A stretch of DNA of 64,000 nt from Octopus sinensis. Lineage: Eukaryota. Location of the stretch: assembly GCF_006345805.1 (NCBI RefSeq), contig NC_042998.1:44454001-44518000 (forward strand), given 5' to 3'. Shown piece after piece: positions 53,178 through 64,000 of this stretch (the stretch's first letter is position 1; each line of letters starts with the position of its first letter). The notes below the pieces were generated by a model. It did no database searches. It was not told the origin of the DNA and saw nothing but the letters and a program-made list of their open reading frames with translations. The translations under genes were made by a program, and so were the position numbers.

Positions 53178-53921
53178 TATATATATACATTCATACAAAC
53201 ATATATACATACGTACATGCAAACATATGCACATACATATATACACACACTCATACACATACACACACACAAATTTACAATCAGAATATATTATATTTTA
53301 TGTGAACAAATCTCATATAATATACAAATATTGTATAACTAAATAGATGGTAGATATGTTATACATGTGTATGTGTTCTCGTATGTGCGTGTATGTATGT
53401 ATGCATGGAGCTATGTATGTATGTATGCATGCATCTATGTAAACATGTATGTATGTATTATATATGTTCATGAACACTGTTTTATACACACATACAGACT
53501 ATTATATATCTAGAAATGCGCATTATGTGCGTGTGCGAGTCACTTTTTCCATAAGTCTGTGTACGCGTATTTCTGCTTGTGCAAGTCTCTGTGTGAGTTA
53601 ACACGTGCGCTTTTCTATATAACAGTGACAGAGGTGGGGTGTATGGGGTGTGTGCATGAATATGAATATATAATTTCTCAGGTGTACCTCCTCTACCAAC
53701 CGTCTCTGTAATTAATTCCCCGAAAGTCTATTCGACTATTGTACTGACTGTCTATCACTTTATCAAACTCAAAATTCTCTTTCATTCTTTTACCGTCTGT
53801 TTATCTGAAATATCGCTATTAATAATTTAAATTAGAAATGTCTAATTTTGTTGATATTTAGACCACTCAAAGCTGGTCAGGCATACCTATGACCAACGGA
53901 TTTCTTTTTATTTATATTTAA

Positions 53922-53964
<43 letters not shown>

Positions 53965-53971
53965 GTATGTA

Positions 53972-54363
53972 TCTTTTATCTTTTAACTTATGCTGTTTTC
54001 AGTCATTGTATTCAGGCCATGCTTGAGCACCTCCATGAAGTGTTTTAGCCGAATAAATTGACCCTAGGACTTATTTTTTTGAAGCCTAGTACTTAATTTA
54101 TCGATTTGCCGAACCCATGAATTTACGGGGATGTAAACACACCAACACTTGTTGTCAAGTGGTGAAGAAGGACTAACATAGATACAGATATACACACAGA
54201 TATATACATATGCATATATGATGGGTTTCTGACAGTTTCCGCCTACCAAATCCACTCAGAAGAATTTGGTCGACCCTAGGCTATAGTAAAAGTTACTCGT
54301 CCAAGGTGTCACGAAGTGGGATTGAACCCAGAACCATGTGGTTGAGGAGCAAGTTTCTTACCA
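53972..54363 (-). mobile_element. SINE family 1, diverged
   Basis: Colinear with 13057-13467. Confidence 0.82.
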
Positions 54364-54399
54364 TACATATATATATGTATATATAACTCGACATTCATG

Positions 54400-54507
<108 letters not shown>

Positions 54508-55189
54508 AAGCGTAAGTGCAAGGAGAAAGTTAGAAAGGGGGAAAAGTGGTGAGGCTGATTGAGACATAAATACATGTAGAAATGGATCACAACTAAGTAC
54601 AATTTTTGTTGTGAATGCAGGGGGCGACTGTATGATTAAACCTGAGTATGTTACTGCTATTGAGTTTAATCGAACCTGAAACAATGAAAGGTAAAAAAAA
54701 AAAACCCCGAAAAAGGATTGAACTCAAAACATGGAAAATAAAACTAAACTTGATAAGACTTCTTGTCCGTCCTATAATTTGAGACTACTGTCAGACCCAC
54801 AGCCTAGCCGTACATCAATAAGAACTAGCGTTCTTAGCGAACACAAGTTTCTACATGTCTCCGTGTTTTATTTGACGTACAAATGAAATTACATATATAT
54901 AACAAAGAAAAACAGCCTGAGTACAATTAGTAGCGCTTGTTAGCAGCTAGCATATGGCTTTGTTTATGATTTTTAAAACACGAAACACGTGACATCTATC
55001 TTCGCGTGTCTATCTATATGGATGTATAGAATGTGTGTTGTTGGTTCTATTTTTGTATGCGCTATATTCTTTTGTTTCGTTTTTTTTTTTTTTGTTAGTT
55101 CGTTCGTTTGTTTTGTATATATTTGTTTAAATATGAGACATACAGCTGCGGAAAATAATAAATGTGGTTATATAGTATTAAGAGTGTCA

Positions 55190-55350
55190 CATCATCATCA
55201 TCATTGTTCGACCGTGGTCGAGACAATGGAATTTACCATGCTACGCCAGACTTCACGGTCCATCAAGGCATTACGGAGGTCCTGTTGCTGGATGCCTGTA
55301 TCCCTGGAGATTACATCAGGGTAGGAGAGTGTCACAGTGAAAGGTTCTTC
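55190..55350 (-). mobile_element. 3' end of RTE-clade LINE
   Basis: TLSYPDVISRDTGIQQQDLRNALMDREVWRSMVNSIV...* followed by a (TGA)n tail. Confidence 0.72.
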
Positions 55351-55579
55351 TCAGGAAATATCTGGATATAATGTAATCCACAGATACACAGACTCAGATA
55401 CACATAAACTCAAACATAATCGTCTGTGTATATATATATATATTCACTTACTCGTGGGTGTACATATATGTATGTATGTATGTATGTATGTGTGTATGTA
55501 TATATGTATGTATGTTGTATGTATGTATGTATGTATGTATGTATGTATGTATGTATGTATGAATGTATGTATATATGTA

Positions 55580-55880
55580 CAGTGGCGGACTGGCCAGGTT
55601 GCCAGCTTGCCCGATGGAAAGTGGGCCCTTATATCATTATAATCCATATACGAAGGTGTGGGGCATCCCCTCAAATATGAGACTTTTTAATTCACTCCTG
55701 AAAGACTGCATTAATTATTTCAGCCTTGCTGTGTTTGTAGCCAGTTGAAAAGAATACTTCTAAAATAAAAATAAAAATTAAATGATAATATTGTAGTTGC
55801 GGGTGGACCCCTTGTATTTGCAAGTGGGTCCCTTTAGTCTCCTGGCAACCAATAATACTCGTATACACTGTCCGCTACTG
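55580..55880. mobile_element. hAT-type MITE
   Basis: TIRs cagtggcggac / gtccgctactg; degenerate 8-bp TSD tatatgta/tgtaagta. Confidence 0.75.
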
Positions 55881-55902
55881 TGTAAGTATGTATGTGAGCA
55901 TG

Positions 55903-55935
<33 letters not shown>

Positions 55936-56021
55936 TATATATTATATATTATATATATATATAATATATATATAATATATATATATATCTATATATATTA
56001 TATATATATATATTATATATC

Positions 56022-56087
<66 letters not shown>

Positions 56088-56089
<2 letters not shown>

Positions 56090-56355
56090 AGGCACATGGC
56101 CTAGGTGGTTAGAGCAACGGACTCGTGGTCGAGGGATCGCGGTTTGAATCTCAGACCGGGCGATGTGTTTGTTTATGAGCGAAACACCTAAGCTCCACGG
56201 GGCTTTCGCCACAACTTTCTATAACTCTTTCCTCCTGCACCATGCAGCTCACCTGCGACGGACCGGCGTCCAGTCCAGGTGGGGAACCTATACGCCAAGG
56301 AAACCGGGAAACCGGCCCTATGAGCCAGGCATGGTTTGAGAAGAAACAAACAAAC
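56088..56355 (+). mobile_element. tRNA-Arg-like-headed SINE with V-like block
   Basis: Head as at 35097; tail gccaaggaaaccgggaaaccggccc..atgagccaggcatgg also seen at ~43340-43408 (-). Confidence 0.85.
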
Positions 56356-56372
56356 TATATATATATATAAAT

Positions 56373-56566
56373 GAGTTGCGACGTCACTGGTGCCAAGCTG
56401 TATCGACCTTTGTCTTTCCCTTGGATAACACTGGTGGTATGGAGAGGGGAGGCTGGTATGCATGGGCGACTGCTGGTCTTCCATAAACAACCTTGCCCGG
56501 ACTTGTGTCTAGGAGGGTAACTTTCTAGGTGCAATCTCATGGTCATTCATGACCGAAGGGGGCCCT
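56373..56566 (+). mobile_element. 3' portion of another SINE-like repeat
   Basis: GC-richer block between (AT)n tracts ending catggtcattcatgaccgaaggggg; recognised from recall only. Confidence 0.5.
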
Positions 56567-56787
56567 TTTATATATATACATATATATATATATATATACA
56601 TACATACACACACATTCACATAACTGATCATCAACTATTCATATTTAGAACAATCGTCTTCAGAAAACTTCGAATCTTTTCAGTTTCAATAAAACACCAC
56701 TTTAGTCCACCTTTGGCATTCGACTACTATTTTGTGCATCTGGTTTTGCACATATATGGTCATGTAAATATATATGTGTGTGTAAGC

Positions 56788-56830
<43 letters not shown>

Positions 56831-57247
56831 TGTCTCTGTGTACGTTTGTGTTGTTCAGTATTTAGGGTGTTGTACTTATGATTGTGAGTCTGTAGTTTTG
56901 ATTCCTGGGCAAGGCGACACAAGTTTTGAGAATGGGTGAATGTTGATGCTACCACTCGAACTCCTAGAAATAATAGAAAATTTCTTTCATGCCCCACCTG
57001 AACATTTCAAAAAGAGAAACAAGTATTCACTTATGTTGCAAGTACATAATATCAAAAATAATAAGGCTGTGAAACATTTAATTATAACTTAAATGGTTTT
57101 GATCCCAAGTATGCTTATACTATATTCACACACACATACACATTTTATATGTGTGTGTGTATGCATGTATATTTTGGGATCACCACTACTTTATTATCTC
57201 CCCTTTTTCCCAGCTCTCCTGTGTGACCCCTCTGTCCGGCATTCGCC

Positions 57248-57436
57248 ATGATAGATCGCTAGCCACTACATATTCTGTATTTTCTCGCCTTATTTCTTCC
57301 TGTATTCCTTTCTGCGGAAGTGTGTAGGCTCGAAACGTTAAAGACTTTTTCACTTCCCGAGCGTTAAACGAATAAGTCTGTTTGTTGTCTACACCACCTG
57401 TCTCCGTCTTTTTGCTTTTTTTTGTGAATTCTCCCC
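57248..57436 (+). mobile_element. Hammerhead-bearing element, family A
   Basis: Motif 57308-57343: cttt-CTGCGGAA-gtgt-gtag-gctc-GAAA-cgt-t-aaag. Confidence 0.7.
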
Positions 57437-58979
57437 TCATGTATATGATGAACTTTCTCGTCGAATACGATATATGAGCGCTCAACGTTTGCCGAGCGCC
57501 CAGCAGAAATGATTTCTATATAGTGATCAAATGTTCATGTCACATATTAGCTCAAACTTTCCATCAAATCGACGTTGTGGGAATAGGTGCACAGTGTTCC
57601 ATGCATCAGGTATCAAAGTTATCGCAAAGCAACGTGTGTGTGTGTACGTAAATGTTGAACGATGAAAATGAGTGTTCAACACCGTATTTATGGAAATTAC
57701 GTCTTTATTTGTGAATTAAGTCTATCAATTGGTTTCATGTCAAGAAAAAAGTATGAAAATATCCTATTGTCTTAACAAAATCTTCAAGCCGATCACATGT
57801 GTGTCTCCCTTAGATTTGTCTTGGGACAAATTGTTTGTGGTCAATTTGTTTACATTATTTTGTTTTTGTTCTTATTCTTGTGTGATAAGGTAATTAGTCA
57901 TTGGGAAATATTTCTACTTTGTGTGGCGTTTGTGTGCTATGTGTGTTCACATTTAGGAACGGGGCTATCCTAGAGGGTGTCGTCGCAGACAGGGGAACTT
58001 CTTCGAAATATTTGAGTATAAAATATTATCTGTGTATGCAGGGAGAGGTTTCATCCCGAATATTTAGGATGTTATCTGCTGATTGCATAATGCTTAATTT
58101 TTCAGTAATACATAATTCACATTTGATACCCCATCTTCTGTAAATTTTGGCTTTAGCAATAATCTTCCATTCTACCTAGGGTTTGTTTATTCAACCTTCT
58201 TTCAATGTCCATATCATATTTGACAGGGATGTTGCATTTTTTATCACTGAATGATCGCAGATGTTGTGTACGTACATACATACACACACATGCGCACACA
58301 TACATACATACACATACACACATATATATTTCAAATTTACTACAGCAAAAGATGAAGACAGATGAAAGAACAACAAGGAGGTGTATTAGTTTGATGTTCA
58401 TAAAGAACGTAAAAGTCTTTGACGCTTCAAACCCACGCTCTTCGACAGAGAGGTTTGAGCAAGAAAAAAATGGAGAGAGAAACGAAAAAAAAACGGTGAC
58501 AAAAAATGTGTAGGGAATAACGGTTCAACATGATTATAAGTGTGTGAGTGTGTGTGTATAAATTTTATATTTAATATATAATTATAATTGAATGTACACA
58601 AAGTACCAGCTTGCTAAAAATAAGAGTCAAAATCCTCTAATAAGCCGCCATTTCACTGAAAACGTACCAGACCGACAAAAATCGAGCAACGAGCAAAAAA
58701 CTTAACTCACCATCTCGGTTTACAGCCACAGACTAAGACAATAGATATACCTCTAACATATGATTTTGAACTTTGATATTTCTTAACTCTCATCAGCAGG
58801 TCTCACTAAATACTTAGGGTTAAAAATCATACTTACCTCGTTGTGTCCGTTAAACACTGAACAGGCTCAGGCCAAATTCAAAACGATATCAGTGTCGGAT
58901 CTTCCATAAATGAATAAATATTCAGATAAATATTTATATAGATATTATTACCATTATTATTAGCAGTAAAGTAACTAGA

Positions 58980-59030
<51 letters not shown>

Positions 59031-59120
59031 CTTGTCACTTGAGGTCTCTGGGTAAGACTTAGAGTCAACTTGTACAAATACAAAGCAAAAGTCAAACATA
59101 TAATAATAATAATAATATTA

Positions 59121-59179
<59 letters not shown>

Positions 59180-60689
59180 AAGTGGCTAACAAGCAATTAT
59201 ACCGATAAAGATCAAATCCATAAATTTTCTAATTACTTTATACATATAATTAGGGATACACGAAGTAACAACTTGCCAAGAATAAGAGTCAAGAATTCTG
59301 TAATAAGCCACCATTTCACTATAAACATAACAGGCCGACAGAAATCGAGCTACGAGTAAAGAAATTGACTTAGCATCTCGGCTGATATCCACAAACTGAG
59401 GCAATAGATATACCTGTATAAATATTTATTTGAACATTTATTCATATATATACATATAATTCACAATATATGGATTTACTTAAGCCGGTGGTAATCACGA
59501 AAAAGCCCCTTTAGTAGACCAGGCTACAAACTACATAACAAACCAATACACAGGAGTGTAATGTATTTCTATGAAATATTCTGCTAAAATACTTAAAATC
59601 TATAAGGAAGAGAAAATGAGAATGTGCAATAACATCAAGAATCCTGTTTAAGAATTAACTCATGAAGAATTCACCTCTCCTAATTAGTGTGTCTGCAATC
59701 TACCTATATGCACCACGACGGATCTTCTATGTGATCGGTTGACTTGCTGGAAATGGCTCACAGATCTCCCTGAAATCACACTCATCCTCTTTTATAAATG
59801 AGAAGATCCCACACGTTAAAATGTTGTCCAATATAATAAAATCAATAGTGATAGTCATGGCTGGTAAAGGGAGTGAAACTTCCCGATAAGAATTGACGCA
59901 AAGCTGATCAATATGTATAGCCAATGATTTACATAGAAGGACAATTCAAATTGTACCTGTGTGCACCTATGTGTGTGTGAGTGTGAGTGAGTGAATGAGT
60001 ATGTGTGTGTGCATTTAATAGAATTTGAGCGTATAAGATTTTATGTACGAGTTCTGGGGTTAAGATTAGTAATTAAAAAAAAAAAATTATTATTTCCCTG
60101 ACTTTTTCTGTTTGTTACTACGATCCAGGCATTTATTGAAAAATATTTCACTAACATTCATTTATACATCTATATTCAGGTTAAAACTTAGAAATTAAAT
60201 ACAAAGAATTTAATAACTTCTTTGCAGTAAAATTATTCATCTTTCTTAACACTTCAAATATGAAGGAGATGATTTCTTTTCAATTAATCATGATTTTATT
60301 CGTTCAGAGGTAAACATGAGACTTTAAATATAAATCTAATATCCAGTTGCTACCGGATGTTACGTAATACATGTGACAACTTTCTTTAAATGGTTCATGT
60401 AAATCTGTAATAAACAATACACGACAGTGAAGCTCTGTAAATTCTGGACACAGGCTTTTTTCTTTTCTTTTATTTTCCATTTTTTTGGGCTCTATTTTCA
60501 CAACTGCAGTCGAAGTGAAAGTTTAATTAAAATTGATATTAATGAAATCTCTTACGTAGTTTTGCACACGTGAACACTGTTATAACTTGTAAGTTCATTG
60601 TCTATCTTATGTGATTAATTTATGTGAATTTATTAAAATTTGGTAAATAGTTTTAGCAGAAAACGTTAACTAACATGTACTGTCTCATA

Positions 60690-61325
60690 AGGATATTGGA
60701 TTCAAGTTTTGGCACAAGGTGAGTAAGTGCCAAGAAATGGGCGAGTTGATAACATTGACCCTAGTACTCAACTGATACCTATTTTGCCAATCCCGATGGA
60801 ATTTGAATTTAGAACGTAAAGACGGACGAAATGCTGCTATATATTTTGACAGGCGTGCTGACGATTCTAGGCACAAGGCCCGAAATTTGGGGAGGAGGGA
60901 TCCAGTCGATTAGATCAATCCCCAGAACGCAACTGGTACTTAACTTATCGATCCCGAAAGGATGAAAGGCAAAGTCAACCTCGGCGTAATTTGAACTCAG
61001 AACATAAGGACAGACGGAGGAATTACAACCGTGTTTCGTGGTCTGCTACCACAACAGCTCCTTTATAGGATCCAGTTAGCTCAAAACATCATCATGAGGA
61101 ACCACGTCCGGTTTCGGCCCCTACTCCTCTACCGTTTTGACGTGGAGCCTCCCCACCCCCTGTCGGAGGTGTCTTCGGCTCTGGTGTTGGGTGCATGTCT
61201 TTTTTCTTCTTCTTTCTTCTGTTCCCTGGCCTCTTCGATGTACTTTAGCGAGTGTCAGCTCTATACTACGAAGCGTTTCGACCGGCGTGCTGATGTTGCT
61301 GCCAGTTCGCCGTTTTGCCATGTCA
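60690..61325 (-). mobile_element. Two adjacent SINE family 3 copies; one interrupted by a ~240-bp insert
   Basis: Head 61263-61322, body 60862-61020, second copy 60690-60861; insert 61021-61262. Confidence 0.75.
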
Positions 61326-62784
61326 TAAGGATATTATTATCTTAAACGAGACGTCACGTTCAATCCAAACAAACAACTTATTAGTTTTGTTGTCGTTGTT
61401 TTTATCGACAAGCGTTGTTGATTTTCTACTTTTATTTGATGTCTACTACTAACGTACCTATTGAGATCATAATCAACAATTTGTTTTACTTTTACATGAC
61501 ACCGAGGCACGAATTTTCTGTAGATAGTTGTGGTGTTCATGCCTCTCACAGAAATTGTTATAAATATCATCCATGGTGATGTTGTTTTTGTTTAATTTGA
61601 AATTGTTATAAATACAGCTGTTGTTTTTGTTTAAAGGCGTTTTCAGTTGCAACTATCTTATATTTTTCTTCGCAAAATATATCTGGGACATTATCCAACT
61701 CGTCCTTCATATTTTAAAGGTGGTAGGGTGTAATATGAAATGGCTTTGGATGCTATTTCCTTATCTTGTAGTTCGAGGAAACTTGTAGAATTTCGACATT
61801 GATGCATAATGTGGAGAGTAAAGGTGTGTAAGTACATAAGTAAATGATAAATGAATGAAATAAATTGTTTTCTAACAGACATCATATGAACATACCTGTC
61901 ACGAACAGCAGCTAAACATACTTCACGCTACATCCTGTCAACTGAACAAAGGTCACATCTGATATTGTAGACGATTTAATAGAGTATAGAAAAACTGAAA
62001 AGGCGGAAGGCAAATTAGCATGTTTAATAATACATGGTTTCTAAGTTATTAAGCTTGTCTAAACACAATGGTAAAGAAGGAAGAATCAAATGCATGAAGT
62101 ATCTATCTTCTCAGTAACTAAGAAGAGAGGTGCTAAAACATTTTACAAATAGTCAATGGGGAAGGATCTTGCATATGTGTATTGTGACTTACCAAAAGAA
62201 AGAAAGGGGGTAAAATAAGATGAGTTTAGCTGAAATCTGTTTGATTTATATGTCAACTGAATCAGGACTGAATTTGGGCTAAATGAAAACAAGAGTGAAC
62301 ACCAGGCTCTAAACGCAGAATTTATTAAATTTGAATTCTGTTTACTACGGTATTACTAAAACTTAATTCGGTACAGTGCAGCCAGCAATCACTCATGGAA
62401 GTATATTACTTGGTTGCATCAACGATGCTTTTGTAAATTGCTTTTAGATAGTTATACAGTCGCGAGTTGGCAGAGACAACTTCCCGGCCTCTCCACACGC
62501 AACCCAGCGGAATATCCAGGATGTAACAGCTAGAGAGAGAGAGGGGTCGAGAGAGAAATGTAGGGGTGCGCGTGTGTGTGTGTTACAAAACCATTCTCTC
62601 GATATTTGTCTTGTCGTCAATCCTTTCTGCAAAGGAGGCTATGCTCGAAGCATTAAAAACTCCAATTTTTCATGAGCGTTCAGTTAATACACCTTGTACA
62701 TTTCGGCACATCTTAGTGCTTTGTTGTTGTCTTGAAATATATATATATGCATATATATATATATATGCATATATATATATATGC

Positions 62785-62816
<32 letters not shown>

Positions 62817-62944
62817 ACAATATATATATATAGTAGTAACAGAGAAGAGGAATTTCGGTTGTCCCCACGTGGTGGGTTGTAATGTATATAAGAACTTAAA
62901 AAAGGAAAATACGCACACTTACATGGTTTTGATATAATTCTTAA

Positions 62945-62981
62945 TATATCGACAGGTTTCGCTATCGCTATTCATGATATA
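62945..62981 (-). ncRNA. Minimal hammerhead-like motif with A3-U8 core variant (in a short element 62832-62990)
   Basis: UAUAUC|AUGAAUA|GC-GAUA-GC|GAAA|CCUGU|C^GAUAUA: 6-bp helix I, GAAA and UC intact. Confidence 0.5.
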
Positions 62982-63116
62982 ATGTTTAATTTATATGAAT
63001 ATATATCTTTTCTTGAGAAGAAATTTGGTCCATGTTGTTTGTGATGAAATTCACGAGTGAATGACTTTACAGTGAGTGACTTTACATATATATATATATA
63101 TATGTATGTATGTATG

Positions 63117-63273
<157 letters not shown>

Positions 63274-63641
63274 TAATATATATATATTCATATACGTATA
63301 CACACACAAACACACACACACATATACATACATACATACATACATACATACATACATACATACATACATACATACATACATACATACATACATACATAGG
63401 AGACAACCTGAAATGGCAGGGAATAATTTACAGCTGAGCAGATAATACAACATTAAATAATGTGCGGGGCGCAAGAACCGACAGAACAGTGCAACACCCA
63501 CTGTAGGAATCAGACCCAAGACGTAGATCTGAGTCGAGTACTGCAATCCATTAATGCACGCAACGTCCCTAAGCATAATTCCATGACAATCTTCAAAGAT
63601 TCCTTTGTCACTATACGTGATAATTGTTTATACATTACATC

Positions 63642-63834
63642 ATGATAGATCGTTAGCCACTACACACATTTTTTTCTCTCCTTGTTTCTCACCTTGTTTT
63701 TCTGTGTCCCTTTCTGTAGATGAGCGTAGGCTCGAAACGTAAAAGACTTTTTCTATTCCTGAGCGTTATACTAATACATGTTTGTTTTGTACACCACGTG
63801 TCTTCGTCTTTTGTTTTTTTTCGTAAACTCTTCC
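63642..63834 (+). mobile_element. Hammerhead-bearing element, family A (best copy)
   Basis: Colinear with the three other copies; ends at (TACA/TA)n. Confidence 0.75.
63710..63745 (+). ncRNA. Minimal hammerhead variant with 8-nt core
   Basis: CUUU|CUGUAGAU|GAGC-GUAG-GCUC|GAAA|CGU|A^AAAG; ACGU palindrome as helix III. Confidence 0.6.
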
Positions 63835-63878
63835 TACACATACATACATAAATATATATATATATTATATATATATAT

Positions 63879-63910
<32 letters not shown>

Positions 63911-64000
63911 ATAACTTTAGCGAGGGCCTCTCGCTTTTCCTTTTCTTTACTGGCAAAGTGTATGTATAGCTTGGACTTCAGGTTCGTCATTAAAAGTGAT

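Noticed and set aside
58772-58800. CTGATGA-gagttaa-GAAA-tatc on the minus strand
   Set aside because: Helix II and helix I do not pair.
61100-61150. ccac...GAAACCGGAC-gtgg hammerhead-like frame in the SINE insert
   Set aside because: Core GTCAAAA and A at position 16.1 are incompatible with catalysis.

Overview
AT-rich, microsatellite-saturated eukaryotic DNA. The SINE families present match what I recall as octopus/cephalopod repeats, so the source is probably an Octopus genome (inference). No intact host gene is visible and nearly all ORF-track entries are microsatellite artefacts. Contents: many tRNA-headed SINEs; a 5'-truncated CR1-group LINE (18.7-20.7 kb) whose 3' tail is shared with the commonest SINE; two same-orientation clusters of R4/Dong-type (RLE) LINE fragments plus a ~550-bp non-autonomous element, all in (AAT)n tracts; several MITEs; a deleted DD37D (maT) transposon; a rearranged SLC25A32-like pseudogene; and a decayed ankyrin-like coding stretch. 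The most interesting signal is at least four unrelated families of short, ORF-less, (AT)n-anchored elements carrying minimal type I hammerhead ribozyme motifs of the Penelope-associated kind, with self-complementary helix III. Two form head-to-head fold-back palindromes with a ribozyme motif in each arm (29.9-30.2 kb, 46.85-47.1 kb). A third related fold-back sits at 38.2-38.4 kb. Two families have non-canonical cores (Y6 plus an extra base after A9; an A3-U8 swap). All folds were done by eye, and activity is untested.
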